The notes beneath the pieces were generated by a model, which saw nothing but the letters and a program-made list of their open reading frames with translations, made no database searches and was not told where the DNA came from. From assembly GCA_012026655.1 (NCBI GenBank), contig JAAILG010001484.1, forward strand, positions 1-64,000: a stretch of 64,000 nt of DNA. Direction: 5' to 3'. The stretch comes from Hydrolagus affinis (lineage: Eukaryota). This document shows, piece by piece, positions 12,144 through 25,090 of the stretch; position 1 is the first letter of the stretch; each line of letters starts with the position of its first letter. Made by a program: the position numbers and the translations under genes.

Positions 12144-12580
12144 CAACACAACAAAATTACATTTGTATAGAGCTTTTCGTGTCGGGAGGATGTCCCAAGG
12201 CGCTGGACAGTCAGTTTCGGACAAAATGAGCTGGGGTCAGGATTGGGGAGGATGGAGGGAAGGGGTGCGTGACCAATAGCATGGTCGAAGAGGAGGATCT
12301 TGAGGTGGGACTTGAAGGAGGCCAGGGAGGGGGAGAGGCGGAGAGATTGCGGGATGGAATTCCAAAGGTTGGGGCAGAGTAGCCTCACCTGCCGATGGTG
12401 GGGCGGATGGGGCGGTGAGGACTAGGATCTTGAATTAAATCCTGTGAATGATGGCGAGCCAATGGGAGTCAGGTGAAAATGGGGGTGATAGGGTTACGGA
12501 GCTTGAAGCGGGACACAGTTCTGGATGATCTGCAGCCTATGGAAGGAGGAGATGGGGAGCCCAGCAAACGGAATGAACCC
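12144..12580 (-). mobile_element. L2 LINE 3' fragment
   Basis: Minus-strand ORF CPNLWNSIPQSLRLSPSLASFKSHLKILLF; tail CAACAAAATTACATTTGTATAG. Confidence 0.85.
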
Positions 12581-12764
12581 AGTCGCCCAATGTCGCACTC
12601 GCTCTAACGAGTCAATATCCATTTTGAAACCAAGACAGTCATGTGATCACATTAGCTGCAGAAACTGTGAAAAGCCTCAACACAGACCCACTGAGGCCAA
12701 AGGCAGCGTCAGTCACATCAGGACATGATCTGCCTGTAACCTGGGTGACTGTTTTTAAAAAATA

Positions 12765-12845
12765 TAAATACAGAGGTCACTGGGAACACTAAGCAGGCTA
12801 GCCAGCATCTATGGAGAGAGGAAAGTGACCTTTGGTTTTGGTGTA
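12765..12845 (-). mobile_element. Short Penelope-like terminal repeat relic
   Basis: CTGGGAACACTAAGCAGG...GCATCTATGGAGA is the reverse complement of part of the 38780-38880 copy. Confidence 0.5.
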
Positions 12846-13436
12846 GCTAGCGATTGTTACCTCAATCCAGTCAATCTCACTTCTAACCATACACAACATG
12901 TCACTTTGCCACTTGTTTCTGCACCCTCCCTCCCTCCCTCCCCCCCACCTCCCTCCTTAATTTGCCGTCACCTCACTGTCAGGGAGATGAGCAGATCCTC
13001 CTGATCTGAACAGCAATTGCTGTGAACTGAGCCCTAGATCGACAGTGACTGAAAGCACATTCCTCAGTCGATCTCTCTTCGCTCACTCACTCATTCCATA
13101 TGGGTTAATGAAAGTGATGGAAATCAGTGAAGATTACAGCAGCAATGGGAGTCACTGACTCCCAGGAAAGCCACATTAACACCACTGCTTCTCAGGGCCT
13201 GTACTGACTGAACAGAAGGTGATTTCTAATTGGATTCCTTAATTAAGGAATTCCTCCAGGTAACTGAGGCACCACACACTCAGGAGCATTTCCCCCATTT
13301 CACCGCTGTGCTCTTCAGTTTATCTCAGTGAAGATTCCTGTTAGAAATCGTAAACGTTAAATCCCATTTACACCCAATTCTATAAAAATTTCCATGGTAC
13401 CCTTTGATTAGGACCATGCAGCAGAAAGCAGATTAA

Positions 13437-13533
13437 ATAATAATAATAATCCTTGCATTTGACAAAGAGATGTCTCAAAGCGCTTCTAAGAATATAGTGT
13501 AAAGTAAACTGACTGTACATTTTGTGAGTGAAA
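13437..13533 (-). mobile_element. SINE tail fragment
   Basis: TAATAATAATCCTTGCATTTGA...TCTCAAAGCGCTTC. Confidence 0.75.
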
Positions 13534-14014
13534 GATAGATTTCTGTTAGGAAATAATATTGTAGGATACAATAGTAATAATTCATGACCGTTTCTCCACC
13601 TCGATAATCCACCCCAATAATGGTATCAGCGATGTAAACCACACACCTTGTCCCACTCCCAGTGCCTTTTATTTTACTTCCTATACTCCCTTCTTTTTAT
13701 TGGCTTTTTTGTTAATTGCCAATTTGCTCTAAAAGGCGTATCCAAAATTTTGTGCCATTAGCTTGAATGACGTTCCCTCCAAACACAAACACCCTAGCTC
13801 TCAGGTACGAGTGAGGTAGAAGGTTGCAGGCTCTGGTGAGATACAGAACTGAGAGGTGATGGCGTTTCACTGCAGACGGTTTATTCCACATGAATTACCA
13901 GCATCACAATCCAATGTATTTCTTGTCAATATTTCTCCTCTCTCTCCCCACAAAGTCTCTGTTTTGCCTGCTACTGCAAGATGGTTCCAGGTATTGTCCA
14001 CTCTCAGCACTCCA

Positions 14015-14160
14015 CCCAAGCCTGTGTGTCTCTCCCCACCACCCACCTACCCACCTGCCCCAAGCCTGTGTGTCTCCTCACCACCCACCTACCCACCTTC
14101 CCCAGGCCTGTGTGTCTCTCCCCACCACCCACCTACCCACCTGCCCCAAGCCTGTGTCTC
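14015..14160. repeat. About 44-bp minisatellite, about 3.4 copies
   Basis: Unit CCCAAGCCTGTGTGTCTCTCCCCACCACCCACCTACCCACCTGC starting at 14015, 14059, 14101 and 14145. Confidence 0.9.
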
Positions 14161-14164
14161 TCAC

Positions 14165-14332
14165 GATATGTCCCCAGCACCAAGGCCACAGGAGCCTACT
14201 ATTACTGCGACTCCATTGGCCCCCATCACCCAGAGGATTCAAGATCCTGGTCCTCACTTTCAAAACCGTCCATGGCCTCGCCCCACCCTACATCTGTGAC
14301 CTCCTAACCCCCTACCATTTTGTTGTTGTTGC
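14165..14332 (+). mobile_element. L2 fragment
   Basis: LRLHWPP...FKILVLTFKTVHGLAPPYICDLL plus a TTGTTGTTG tail. Confidence 0.8.
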
Positions 14333-14359
14333 CTGGTAATCCGTGGCCCTTTCACCAGT

Positions 14360-14690
14360 CACAAACACACTTACACCAACATATGTACAAACACACACAA
14401 GCACAAACACGCACACACACATTCACACAAACATACAATATTCAGTATATTCTGTGAAGCGCTTTGAGATGTTGAGAAGACGTGAAAAGCGCTATATCAA
14501 ATGCAAGGATTATACACATTATTATACACACAAACACACTCACACACACTCACACAAACACAGACACACACAAACTCTCGCACACAAACACACATGCACT
14601 AACATTCTCACAATTTTTTTAGCATGCACTCACACACACACACTCACACAGACATACAGACCAGCAAAAACGCTTACTCGCACACGCATC
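14360..14690. repeat. Degenerate (CA)n microsatellite containing a SINE tail (14438-14524, +)
   Basis: CA-rich runs on either side of CAGTATATTCTGTGAAGCGCTTTGAG...GCAAGGATTAT. Confidence 0.8.
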
Positions 14691-16219
14691 TCCGATCCAC
14701 AACGATGCAATTGAGCGGCTGCCGGTCAGATATGACCGACTGAAAACTCAAGCAGACTTTCTATTCACCCCGAATGATAATTAAAATAAACCTTGACTCA
14801 AATTGCAACAATGTCAGATTTCCCATTTAAATTTTTATTTCTGCACAAACCGAGCTCCTTGACTAAAGCAGATCTCAGCAATCGTTTGCTACTGATTTAA
14901 CATTTAACATGTCTTCCCGCACCTTCACCACCTCCCTCTCGCTGCCTCCAACACCAGCTAGTGTGTCACTAATGCTCAGGAGAGAAGGGGCTTTTGTAAA
15001 ACCCACTGTGCAAACAAGCCTCGCTGCTCATTTATCACATTTAGTATGCGGTCTGACACACTCCATCAAATAAAGCCATTGCTAGCAACTTAGTTCTCTC
15101 TCCCAATTACAAATGGGTCCATTAGGCTGTCTACAGCAAAGCCCTCTGTCTCCTCCTGGTAATAGCTTCTGAGATTTCCGCCATAATCATAATGGTTCCC
15201 CGAGCAGCCATGAGTACAGACAGAGGCAGCTCTCTGGGTAATGAGCTATCAGGTCCCACACAGAAAACCTGCAGCCTCATTATTCAGCATCAGTTTCTGA
15301 TAACAAGAAAGATAAACACTAAACTGAACATTTTACAGCAACGCAACTGTCAATTTAACCCACTTTTATATGTATCATGTGAATTTCAAATGAGAAAATG
15401 CAAATATATTAAGCTGTAGTTGGAGACTAGGGTGGGGGGACAGCTCTGATGTGTGCTCTCCACGCTGAACCACACAGAGAGACTCACACAGAGAGGCTGC
15501 GTTTGCTCTGTGACCAGGAAGGAGAAGGAAGGAGGATGGTGCGAGATGTCTACATTCTCACTGGGGAAAGATTTGCTCAACAACTTCACACTAACCATTA
15601 CATGGCCTGTGAGGTGGGGTGGGAGGGGAGTAGGGGGAAAAAGAAAAAGTCACCCCAAACATGGTCAAAACCAGAGGTCTCCAAGGAAAGAGGGAAGGAG
15701 ATGGGGGGTGGGGGGGGCGCGCAAGGCTGGGAAGCAGAGAGGCTGGTGGGGCCTGGGGGCAGTGACTGATGGTAGGACAATAATAATAATAGTAATGGTT
15801 GGGGACATGAAGCAGTTTTGTCCCTGAACAGTGGGAGCAGCTGAGGCTACAGACATTACAGAGGTCGGGAGTTTGATCTTGAGTAAATCCTGTGAAATGT
15901 CCTTCCGAGGTGATAAGACGCTGTACCAAATACAAACATTATTATTAGTAAAACAACAGTCTGGGATTCATCATAACCTGCGCTGTGTTCCCAGCTTTCA
16001 GACACAAAGTTAACAGGATCAATGGTGCCCAAGTAAATGAAAATTGTATAACAAATTTGATCAAGCTATGCATGTGAGATAATTTCCCATGAGCTCTGCC
16101 TAACATTGAACACAATCTAAAACAGCCAGCTCGCTCCAGTGCCATGCTCTACCCAGGGTGAGCAGTCCTGGAATGTAGACCTAACGCAATTGTTATTGAA
16201 AATAATAACACAGTGTAGC

Positions 16220-16750
16220 CATAGGCATTTGGGAACAGAAGGAGGTCATTCAGCCCCTCAAGCTTGTTCCTCCATTCTGTATGAAAATGGCTGATCTGTG
16301 CTTCAACTCTAATTCATAGAATCATAGAATTTTATGGCACAAAAGGAGGCCATTCGGCCCATCTAGTCTGTGCCGGCTCTTTGAAAAGAGCAACTCAATC
16401 CCACCGCCCAGCTCTCTCCCCATAACCTAACAGACCCGTTCTCTCTAAATAAAGATCTAATTCTCTTTTAAAAGTTGTTATCGAATCGGCCTCCACCACC
16501 TTTTCAGGCAATGCATTCCAGATTCGAACAACCCGCTGAGTGAAAACATTTCTCCTCAGCTCCCCTCAGCTTCGTTTTGAAACTAGTTTCAATTACCTGC
16601 TATTGCCCCATATCTCGAGATACGCTGACCTAACAAACATCTGTCCACCTCAGTCTTGAGGATGTCAATGGATCCAGCTATAATCCACAACCTTTTGTGG
16701 GAAGATTCCTGATTTCCTTTACACTTTTCATGAAAAAATGCCACCATCCC
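16220..16750 (-). mobile_element. CR1 3' fragment carrying a nested CR1 of another subfamily (about 16314-16585)
   Basis: The host matches 24100-24350 collinearly on both sides of an insert that begins with the (CATAGAAT)n CR1 terminal octamer. Confidence 0.75.
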
Positions 16751-16919
16751 AGGGATTCCCTCTACACTTCCATCCTCTCGCTCTGCCACCCCTCTCTCTG
16801 ACACCCTCTCCCTCTGACACACTCACCTTCTCACTAACACACTCTCCAGCTTCGGGTATCTTGTCCCACAACAGAATATTCCCACAAATGCCCACTCTGT
16901 GTGTGTCTCTGTGTGTGTG

Positions 16920-17066
16920 TATGAAACATCGGAACAGGAGGAGGCCACTCAGCCGCTCGAGCCTGTTCCGCCATTCTATAAGATCATGGCTGAACCTGAA
17001 CTCCAATTACTCGCTCTTGCCCTGTATCCCTTGATACTCTGAAATAACAAACATCAGTCTACCCGC
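16920..17066 (-). mobile_element. CR1 3' end fragment
   Basis: GGAACAGGAGGAGGCCACTCAGCCGCTCGAGCCTGTTCCGCCATTC, same subfamily as 24100 and 53125. Confidence 0.75.
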
Positions 17067-18507
17067 TCGGGGTTGGGGTGGGAGGAAAGGGTAGGCTGTG
17101 CAAATCCACTTTAGATGCTATTTTAGCCTCTATATTGATGGGGTTAATGGCTGTGATGATTATGAAAAATACAATACAAAGCGGGTTAATTTCAGGACGG
17201 GAGTGAGGTGCAGGAGTTGATGGAGACACAAAGCAACCTGTGGAGAAGGCCTCAGTGCGGACTGGTAGCATCTCAATGGATTATTTTATTTAGCGAGTGA
17301 AAAGCAATATTTTCAACACCAACAACAAAATTGCACTTGTAAAGTGCAATTTCACGTCAGGAGGACGTCAGTGCGTTGAGGAGTGATAGCCAAGTTTTGT
17401 ATTGACTGTAATCGTGGCTGTAGATTAAGAAGTGCTTTTCATTTCCCCTGTCAGAGCCCTGACAGCAGAGGTGCGGGTTAAATTGCACAAAACATGAGAA
17501 ATAATTCCAATGTGAAGCCAGGCGTGCTTCTGGCTTGGCTAATACCAATATATTGGTTCAGTGGTAGCACAGCCCAGCACCAAGACACTGGGCGCACAAC
17601 ACACACACAGCCTCTCACCTCACACAGCCCCTCTCCTCACCTCATACAGACCATCACTTTCCTGAAAGGTGCCAGGGCCATTCAGGCGTGCCTCTGTGAG
17701 CTTGCCTCAGGCTCTCTCTCTCTCTCTCGCTGGGAGGACCGGGAAACATTTTAATACACTCTGAGAGCCAGTCATGTCATACTTTGTTACACCAAATCAT
17801 GGCAGATGTCTGCACCAGTAAAACAGAGCTGGAACGCTCTCCCTTCCTAACCCTGGCTGACAAAAATGATGTATGACTACCATTAGCAGGAAAATATCAC
17901 TTCAACTAACCCATGATCTGCCTCAGCTCAGGGTCAGATTCTCCAGAAGGAACAAATTACATTCCCAAAGTAAATACAAATTTTCTACATGAAATGGGTA
18001 TAAAGCAAGGAAAGGGGTGATATGTTACCTGTGACAACACACTGCAAAGTGACACTGGTGATAAAGTACTTGACAAATCATTGCCTGACAGGACATTGCT
18101 GCACAATCAGTTCCCACTTCGGCCTTGCGAGCTCTCCAGCCTGTAAACACAATCCTCCAGCCTCACCTCAACAGCTTCAATAATCCTTCCCACTCTCTCT
18201 CTCTCTCACACACATACACAGCTACTACTGTTCTCCGCAGGGAACATAGGGCACCAAATGACTCAAATAATACACATCTTGCTGTAAATTACCTTTATAT
18301 CTTAAGAGACCAGTGTAGAATTGCTTTCGGCTGAACAAAGAAACAAAGCAGGCCATTACTGGCCTTTCTTGATGAGTTTAATCTGGAGGCCACATAAAGC
18401 TGTGTGATATAGTACAGTAATGCCTGCCCTACTCACAGCCTCACCCAAACTGAGAGGCAGCGGGATGCACTTTGCAACACTTTAAATATACTGCTGCGTT
18501 TATCTCT

Positions 18508-18845
18508 TAACACCAACAGCAATAACTTGCACTTATATAGCGCCCTCCACGCCGGATGGCTTCTCAGAGCACACAGAGTGGCGGAGGCTGACTCCCGGGT
18601 CAGGGGAGGTGGCCGTAAGCACGAATGAAGAAGATGGTTTTCAGACAGGACTTGAAAAGGGGGAGAATCGGGGCAAGGCGGAGGGATTGAGGGAGAGCGT
18701 TCCAGAATTTGGGGCTCGGTGGCTGAAAGCGTGACCTCTGATGGTGGGGCAGAGGGTATGAGGGACAAGCCCGAGGCCGGTGCCAGTCGGAGGAGGCTAT
18801 TCTGCTTGGACCCGGTCCACTTACTTTGGAATTCGGGTCCTGAGA
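18508..18845 (-). mobile_element. L2 LINE 3' fragment (second subfamily tail)
   Basis: KFWNALPQSLRLAPILPLFKSCLKTIFF; tail CCGGCGTGGAGGGCGCTATATAAG on the minus strand. Confidence 0.8.
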
Positions 18846-20864
18846 CGAACTTGTGTGCACTGATGAGTGTGCATATTCACTGGCGTACACACCTTACACA
18901 CATATACACACAGGGATATTCACACAGCATTTGGTAACTACAGTAACCTCTTCACGTCAGTCAAAGAAAAACTAATAAAAGTCCTGCTTTTATAGCGTGT
19001 ACTTTACCTGTCAACCAACAGCCCATTAAACTGTCACAGCTGAGCGCTCGCTCACACAGGTCACTGTTTACAATGACAGGGCGCCGCGAGACGGGGGAGC
19101 CCACACACACAACTGTCTGTCAACATAAAAAACACTGCCAAACAACTGGCGTCTCTGGGAAACCGGCTCAGGCCCCGTCACCCGCACAAAGCAGCTTCTC
19201 GGAGGAGCAGACTTTCATTTTCTGATGTAAAGAAATTCAAACAATCCCCATTTGTCTTCAGATCAGGTGGCACGGACCAAGTAGGAGAACTGCTGAGCGC
19301 TGTGAAAGTGGTCGAGTCTGATTAAACATACAGGTTTCACACCAGCAAAGCAGAGGTGGGGTTGGGGGGCACTCAAGGTCTGGCTGTGTAATGAATGTTA
19401 TTGAATAAGTTGCACCTAGTCTGACTCCAACACTAACCCCGATCTCAACTCCAACCCAGTAACAACTCAGACCATTATCCTCTCAAGCGAGGCAAAGTCA
19501 AGGGTTGGTTTTTAGCACCTGAGAGAGGAAGCCTGAGTAACAGAGAAGTCACTGTGGGGGTGGGAGCCGGAGGGATTGGAGAGGAAAACGTTGACAAGAA
19601 GACAAAGAGATCTGCCCGGCATGGAGGGCACTGTATAAATGCAAGTGTTGCTGTTGTTGCTGTACATGTTTAGTCGAGGCAGGCAGAGGAACCCTGAATG
19701 AAGTTCCAGAGAATGGGGACGAATCTGCCGTAACGGTGGATAGGGTACTGGAGGTTCTGTGTGTATCCAGGAAGCCTCTGCTTCAGGTGAATAAATACTG
19801 ATATGAGCCAAGCCTATGTCTGTTCAATGTTCGAATGAAGAAAGTTAGAGCTCATCCAAGACTTGTTGTCTGATAGGCAATGGGAGCTATTGAATCCAAG
19901 GTAACTCTGGGCCTACATGATTCAATAATGAGTGTTGGAAAGGCAGACATGTGAGTCGATGCCCTATGGACGGTTCTAGCTGGGAAAATTGGATCAGCAT
20001 AATAGTTTTGTGATGAATAAACCATATTTTTGGATTTGAAGTCCATCTCTGAAATGTGCATTATTTTCTTGGTGTGAGCTCTCCTTGTGGACATGTGCAG
20101 AGTAATCGATGCAGTGAAGATGTGCTGATAAGCAACAGCTGAATAAGCAGGCTGCTGTAACTCCACACCTTCCCAACCAGCAACACAACGTGTGGAAACG
20201 ATTATTAATTAAAATTATTCATCTTTATTTATGATGCCCAGCTGCTGGGACTTCTTAAGTTACAGAAATGTGCCTTTTAGTACAGAGCGTTCCCATCACA
20301 GAGCACGCAGTGTGTCCCCTGTGTCAGATCCACACAATATATGGCCCTGTCCAGACACTCACATTCTGCGTCTGACTGCATTTATGGGTCTCGCTCTCCC
20401 TTTACACTTTAAATATGAAACAGCTCTACACTAATGCTCCATTACACGTGTGCTCAGCACCAGCAACACAGCCAATTACTAACATTTGTCAAGTTTCATT
20501 TAGAAATCTTTCCACAGCTCCAGACCCAATCTACTGAATATTTCGCTCTTTGTAAAACATAAACAGAATTGGCAATAAATCCTGTGTAATTCTTCCCCAT
20601 CACATTATATACTGGGGCCAATCATTCATCTCCTTACCCGCTTTACTCAACGCTGTCCCTCTCCCTCCATTGGAGGTGATGCTCCCAGGCCCTTCTGTAC
20701 CTGTCTCATGGGCATTCTACACGTGCAGCCTTGAAGACACGCGTGTGTTGGCAGAGGATGCATCTCCAGAGATGCGACAGCAGAGCTGAATCTCGATGCT
20801 GTCCTTACCCAACCTTTAAACATGTCTACCTTCCAGCCGGTGGTTTCTGCATAATCAGGAGTAC

Positions 20865-21070
20865 GATTCCTCGTGAGATTCAAGGGAGGGTGGTGGAGGG
20901 AAGATGACCAAACGCACAGAAAGGTCTTGAAACGAGCCTTGAAGGAGGCGTGAGAAGAGGCAAGAGGGAGGGGCTCTGGCAAGAGGGTTGGGGCAAATCG
21001 GTTGAAGGCCTGACCTCTGATGGTGGAGTGGGCAGGTTGGGAGTCTTGGAGCTGGCCAGTGCCTGCAGAG
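20865..21070 (-). mobile_element. L2 fragment
   Basis: ASFKARFKTFL and CCACCATCAGAGGTC-like L2 C-terminal sequence. Confidence 0.65.
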
Positions 21071-21654
21071 TGGAGGGAGCGGATGAATGGGTGAAATTTT
21101 AATAGGTCCCACAGGTAGGGTAGAGCAATCAGAGGTTGTCTTAATCAAATGGACACCCAAATCCCTGCTTGCCAAGTGTAATCTGTATCCGGTGTGACTT
21201 ATAGGGAGGGTCGGGCAGAACTGTGACATTCCAGTTACCATCATTCTGTCCCCAATAGCACGAGGACATGTGCTTGAAGAATTCCTAAATATTCCTGACA
21301 GTCTGCAAATATGCATCACAAAGTATTACATAACTCAAGGCAAACATAACCACGATGGGAGGCACGTTGCTATGTATGGAGCATCTGAAGCCAAACCACA
21401 ACCAGCCTGCGCCTGGACCCTTCATACTCTCACTCGGAAGCCTCGATAAACAAATCTGAAGGGCTGTACTCTTACAGCAAAACGGGAGAGGAAAAAAAAC
21501 GTCTGCGGATAACAGCTCTGTGTAGTGGAATCTAGGGCTGGCACATGGCACAGCGAGCCAATGGGAGAGTGGAATTAGCATCTGTGCCTCATGTGGAGGA
21601 AAGTGTAGACCTGTGAGCATGACCAGGCTGGGTAATGTTGTAACAATCTATGAT

Positions 21655-21902
21655 TTAATAATAATAATAATCCTTGCATTTGATACAGCACTTTTCACAT
21701 CTTCTAGACGTCTCAAAGTGCTTTCACGGAATATACTGTAAAATGAATTGACTGTATATTTGTGGGCAAAACACGGCAGCCAATTGCGCACAGCAGTGTC
21801 CCACAAAGTCGTGGATTGAACTGACCAATTTATTACAGTTTTTTTTGAGGGATTATTATTAGGCATGTGGAGTAAGGAAACTTGCCCAAGGTTTCGCCCT
21901 CC
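21655..21902 (-). mobile_element. tRNA/Deu SINE, 5'-truncated
   Basis: Tail, Deu core and GAGTAAGGAAACTTGCCCAAGGTTTCGCCC; head missing. Confidence 0.85.
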
Positions 21903-22945
21903 CTGGATATCTTCTCTTCATTGCAAACTCTACTACTATAACAGGTGTCTCGTTCCCAACCAGCTGCAGATCTCAAATGTATCTGTAATCTTGCATTAAA
22001 GTCCATCAGATCACCATTGCTCCATGTTGTTCAAATATCAATGCAAGCAGCGCAGCGCTCTGTGCAGGACTGAGCCAGACAATCAAAACATCCAGCAAAC
22101 TTAACATAAAAAAACTCACAGCAATGAGAAAGTGGATAAAACACAGGCATTTAATTGGACTTTGGTAATAACCTGAGCCACACGAGTGGCCTCACACACA
22201 CTGAGCACAGCCCAGCCCAGTGGAGCAAACAGTTTCAACGCTTAAACCCTAAACTCATTTAGATAACCGCATGAAACCCAATCATTGTTATTAAATGAAC
22301 AGAATTTCATAATCCCTGAACATTTTCAATTCAGATTAATTACTGGCAATGTGATAAGTGTTAACAATTTTCACCTTGCCTGGCTTCCAGTGACAGTTGT
22401 GATTATTTTCTGTTGGCATTTGCTTAGGCTACAATTCACCACCTTGCTGATCCTTTCCTAAAACTGTTTCCTCTTTAATATTTCTGCTAAACATTCAGAG
22501 GCAAGTGTGGTGAGCAGAGCAGAGCAACACAGCCCTGACAAGTGTTATTTTGTTGTTGTTGTTGTTGTAGTAACACACAGCCCTGACTAACAGCACACCA
22601 ACTCCGGAGCAGAAACACAGCCAGATTTACTACAGGAGGCAGCAAGCAATCGATTCCTTACTCCCATCTCTGTGTGTGTCAGCTGCCAACCAGAAACACA
22701 TGTTGGCTGTTCCATCCAACACCTTTGCCAATCACTTCAATTCTGGTCACCAAATACTGAGTTGTCAGTGATCTACACTGCACACAACACACTGCCCTTC
22801 ACTGAACCAAAGGAAAGGGTGTATTGTAACCACGCAAAACTATCTTTCTTTCCTTTCCAGTGGCAGTTCAAACTCCGTGACAAAAAATACTTGCAAGGGA
22901 ACACCAACGCGATTGAAAATTGCTCAAGAATAAACTGAAACCTAC

Positions 22946-22975
22946 CTTCTCATCTGGGTCACTTTCACTGTCGCA
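22946..22975 (-). CDS. 30-nt phase 0-0 internal coding exon (CDSESDPDEK) of an AUTS2-family gene (AUTS2/FBRSL1/FBRS); best resemblance to FBRSL1
   Basis: Minus strand: branch-like CCTAAT + pyrimidine tract GGTTCTTTCCTTTGTGTTTCAG | TGC GAC AGT GAA AGT GAC CCA GAT GAG AAG | GTAGGT. From memory, the 30-nt exon of human AUTS2 encodes CDSDSDQEEK and that of FBRSL1 CDSESGPDDK, with the same length and phase. The paralog cannot be resolved from 10 aa. Confidence 0.78.
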
Positions 22976-24099
22976 CTGAAACACAAAGGAAAGAACCATT
23001 AGGCAAAGCAACAGTTATGTCTCAAAGTCATGTCAATAAACGTCTGTATGCTTGGCCGGTTTCTAACTCCAACTTGCGTTCTCATACCTGGTGGCTCCAC
23101 TTAGCCTTGCACCCAGCAGAGGCCATAGAGTGACTAATTCACACTAAGGCCTCAAGACACTCATTGCCTGGTTGATTAAATATAGAAATGTTTCTGAACA
23201 ACGTGGTGCCAAACAGAAGCTGAAAGCCTTTCATTTTCTGATGCTGCTCAGACAGGCCACCTTCTGAGAGCTGGAGTTTGACTGATGGGCTGCTGAAGGC
23301 CCCTCTCATACAGGGCAATACCTCACTCCCAGGGCTCAGTTTCCTATGTTTGCTGTGCCTCAAACACACAGAGGCCAGCGAGGTGTCAGTACTTGGGCAG
23401 AATGTCCACTGTGGGCATGGAGGTGGTATAGAGAGGGTGCCAACAATTAAATCACAAACCTCCAGCCCTGCACCATACCCCCTGAGCTTGTTATTATCAT
23501 CTGTCCCTGAGGTTCTCCACCCTCCTGTCTTATTGCAGTATTGATTAGTAAACCGAGTTTGTGCGTTTGTGTCTATGTGTGTTTGTGTTTGTGCTGTATC
23601 AGAAATTTATCACATGGTTACATCGTTGTGTTCCCTTTTCCCCCCTAAACCGGTGGGATTTGTGTGGTCCTCACTCCGAGCCCCCGCACAGGGAGCTCCC
23701 CTCAGTGCAAGGCAGCTCTGCCATGTTTAGGAGTAAGGAAAGGTTTGATGACAATTAAAGCTGTCCTTCACTTGACAGTTAGCTAAGCTGTAGGCTGAGA
23801 ATGGTCGCATCAGAATGCGTGTATTCCGAGGAGCTTATCTCATCAAGGCTGGGTAAGCCAGCAGAATCTCCCTGTTTAAAATAAAGTAAAGGATTTGAGT
23901 TGAGCAGCACCTTGATTGGAGTTCACCCTCCGGCGTGGAGGGCATTATATAAATCAAAGTTGTTGTTGTTGTGGTTGATTCACCCAACCACCAAAACTGA
24001 AGGAAAATTAAACCAATCACCAGGGAGACAATATAATGTAGAATTATACAATTTTGCACTGAGCAATTTTCTCCAAACAGTTATGAAGTAACTAATAGC

Positions 24100-25090
24100 A
24101 ACATAGGAACAGGAGGAGGCTATTCAGCCCCTCGAGCCTATTCCACCAGATCATGACTGATCTGCACCTCAACTCCAATTACCTGTATTTGGCCTATATC
24201 CCTTGATACCCTGACCTAACAAATATCTATCTACTTCTGTATTGAAAATATGAATGGATCCAGTCATAATCCACAGCCTTTTGGGAAGAAAGAGAGTTCC
24301 AGATTCCCAGTGCACCTATGGGTGAAAAACTGCCTCCAAATTTCACTTCTAAATGGCCTGGCTCTAATTTCAAGATGATGTCCCTTGTTTTGGATTTGCC
24401 ACCAGATGAAACAGTTTCTCTGTATCTACCGCATCAACTCCTGTTATTATTTTAAACATCTCAATCAGATCATCCCTCAACGTTATGAACTCAAGGGAAC
24501 AGAGACCAAGTTTATGCAACCTGTCCTCACAATTTAACCTTTTAAACCCTGGTATTATTCTGCTGAATCTGCACTGCACTCTCCTCCACAGCCAATATAT
24601 CCTTCCCAAAGTGCAGGGCCCAAACCCAAGTCTCTAGGTGGGGGTTAAGGCTCTATATAGTTGAAGCATTATTTTGTCTGTATATTCCAGCCCCATTGAG
24701 AAAAAGGCCAACAACCCATTAGGTTTTTGACAATTTTTTGTACCTGTGAGTCCTTGCTTTTAGTGATTTGTGTACATGGACACCCAAATCCCTTTGCTCT
24801 TCCATAGTTCTCAGTTTCTTACCATTTAGAAAATATTTTGTTTTGCTATTTTTCGATCCTTAACAGATGACCTCACACTTCCCACACTGAATTCTGTCTG
24901 CCACAGTTTGCCCACTCACTTGATCTATCTAAGCCTTTTGGAATTTCCTTCTCCCATTTACACAATTTACCGAGCCTCCTAATTTTGTGGCATCTGCAAA
25001 TTTGGATATAAAACTCTCTATTCCTCCATTGAAGTCATATATTATATATAGTGAAAAGCTGAGGCCCCAGGGAATGCCACGTGTCCTGTC
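24100..25090 (-). mobile_element. CR1 LINE, about 1 kb 3' fragment with degenerate RT end
   Basis: Minus-strand ISKFADATKLGG (about 24975-25010, the FADD motif decayed), RIIPGFKRLNCEDRLHKLGLCSLE and a CR1 3' UTR. Confidence 0.88.

Noticed and set aside
13856-14714. Repetitive Pro/Thr/His-rich ORFs
   Set aside because: Translations of a minisatellite, an L2 fragment and a (CA)n tract.
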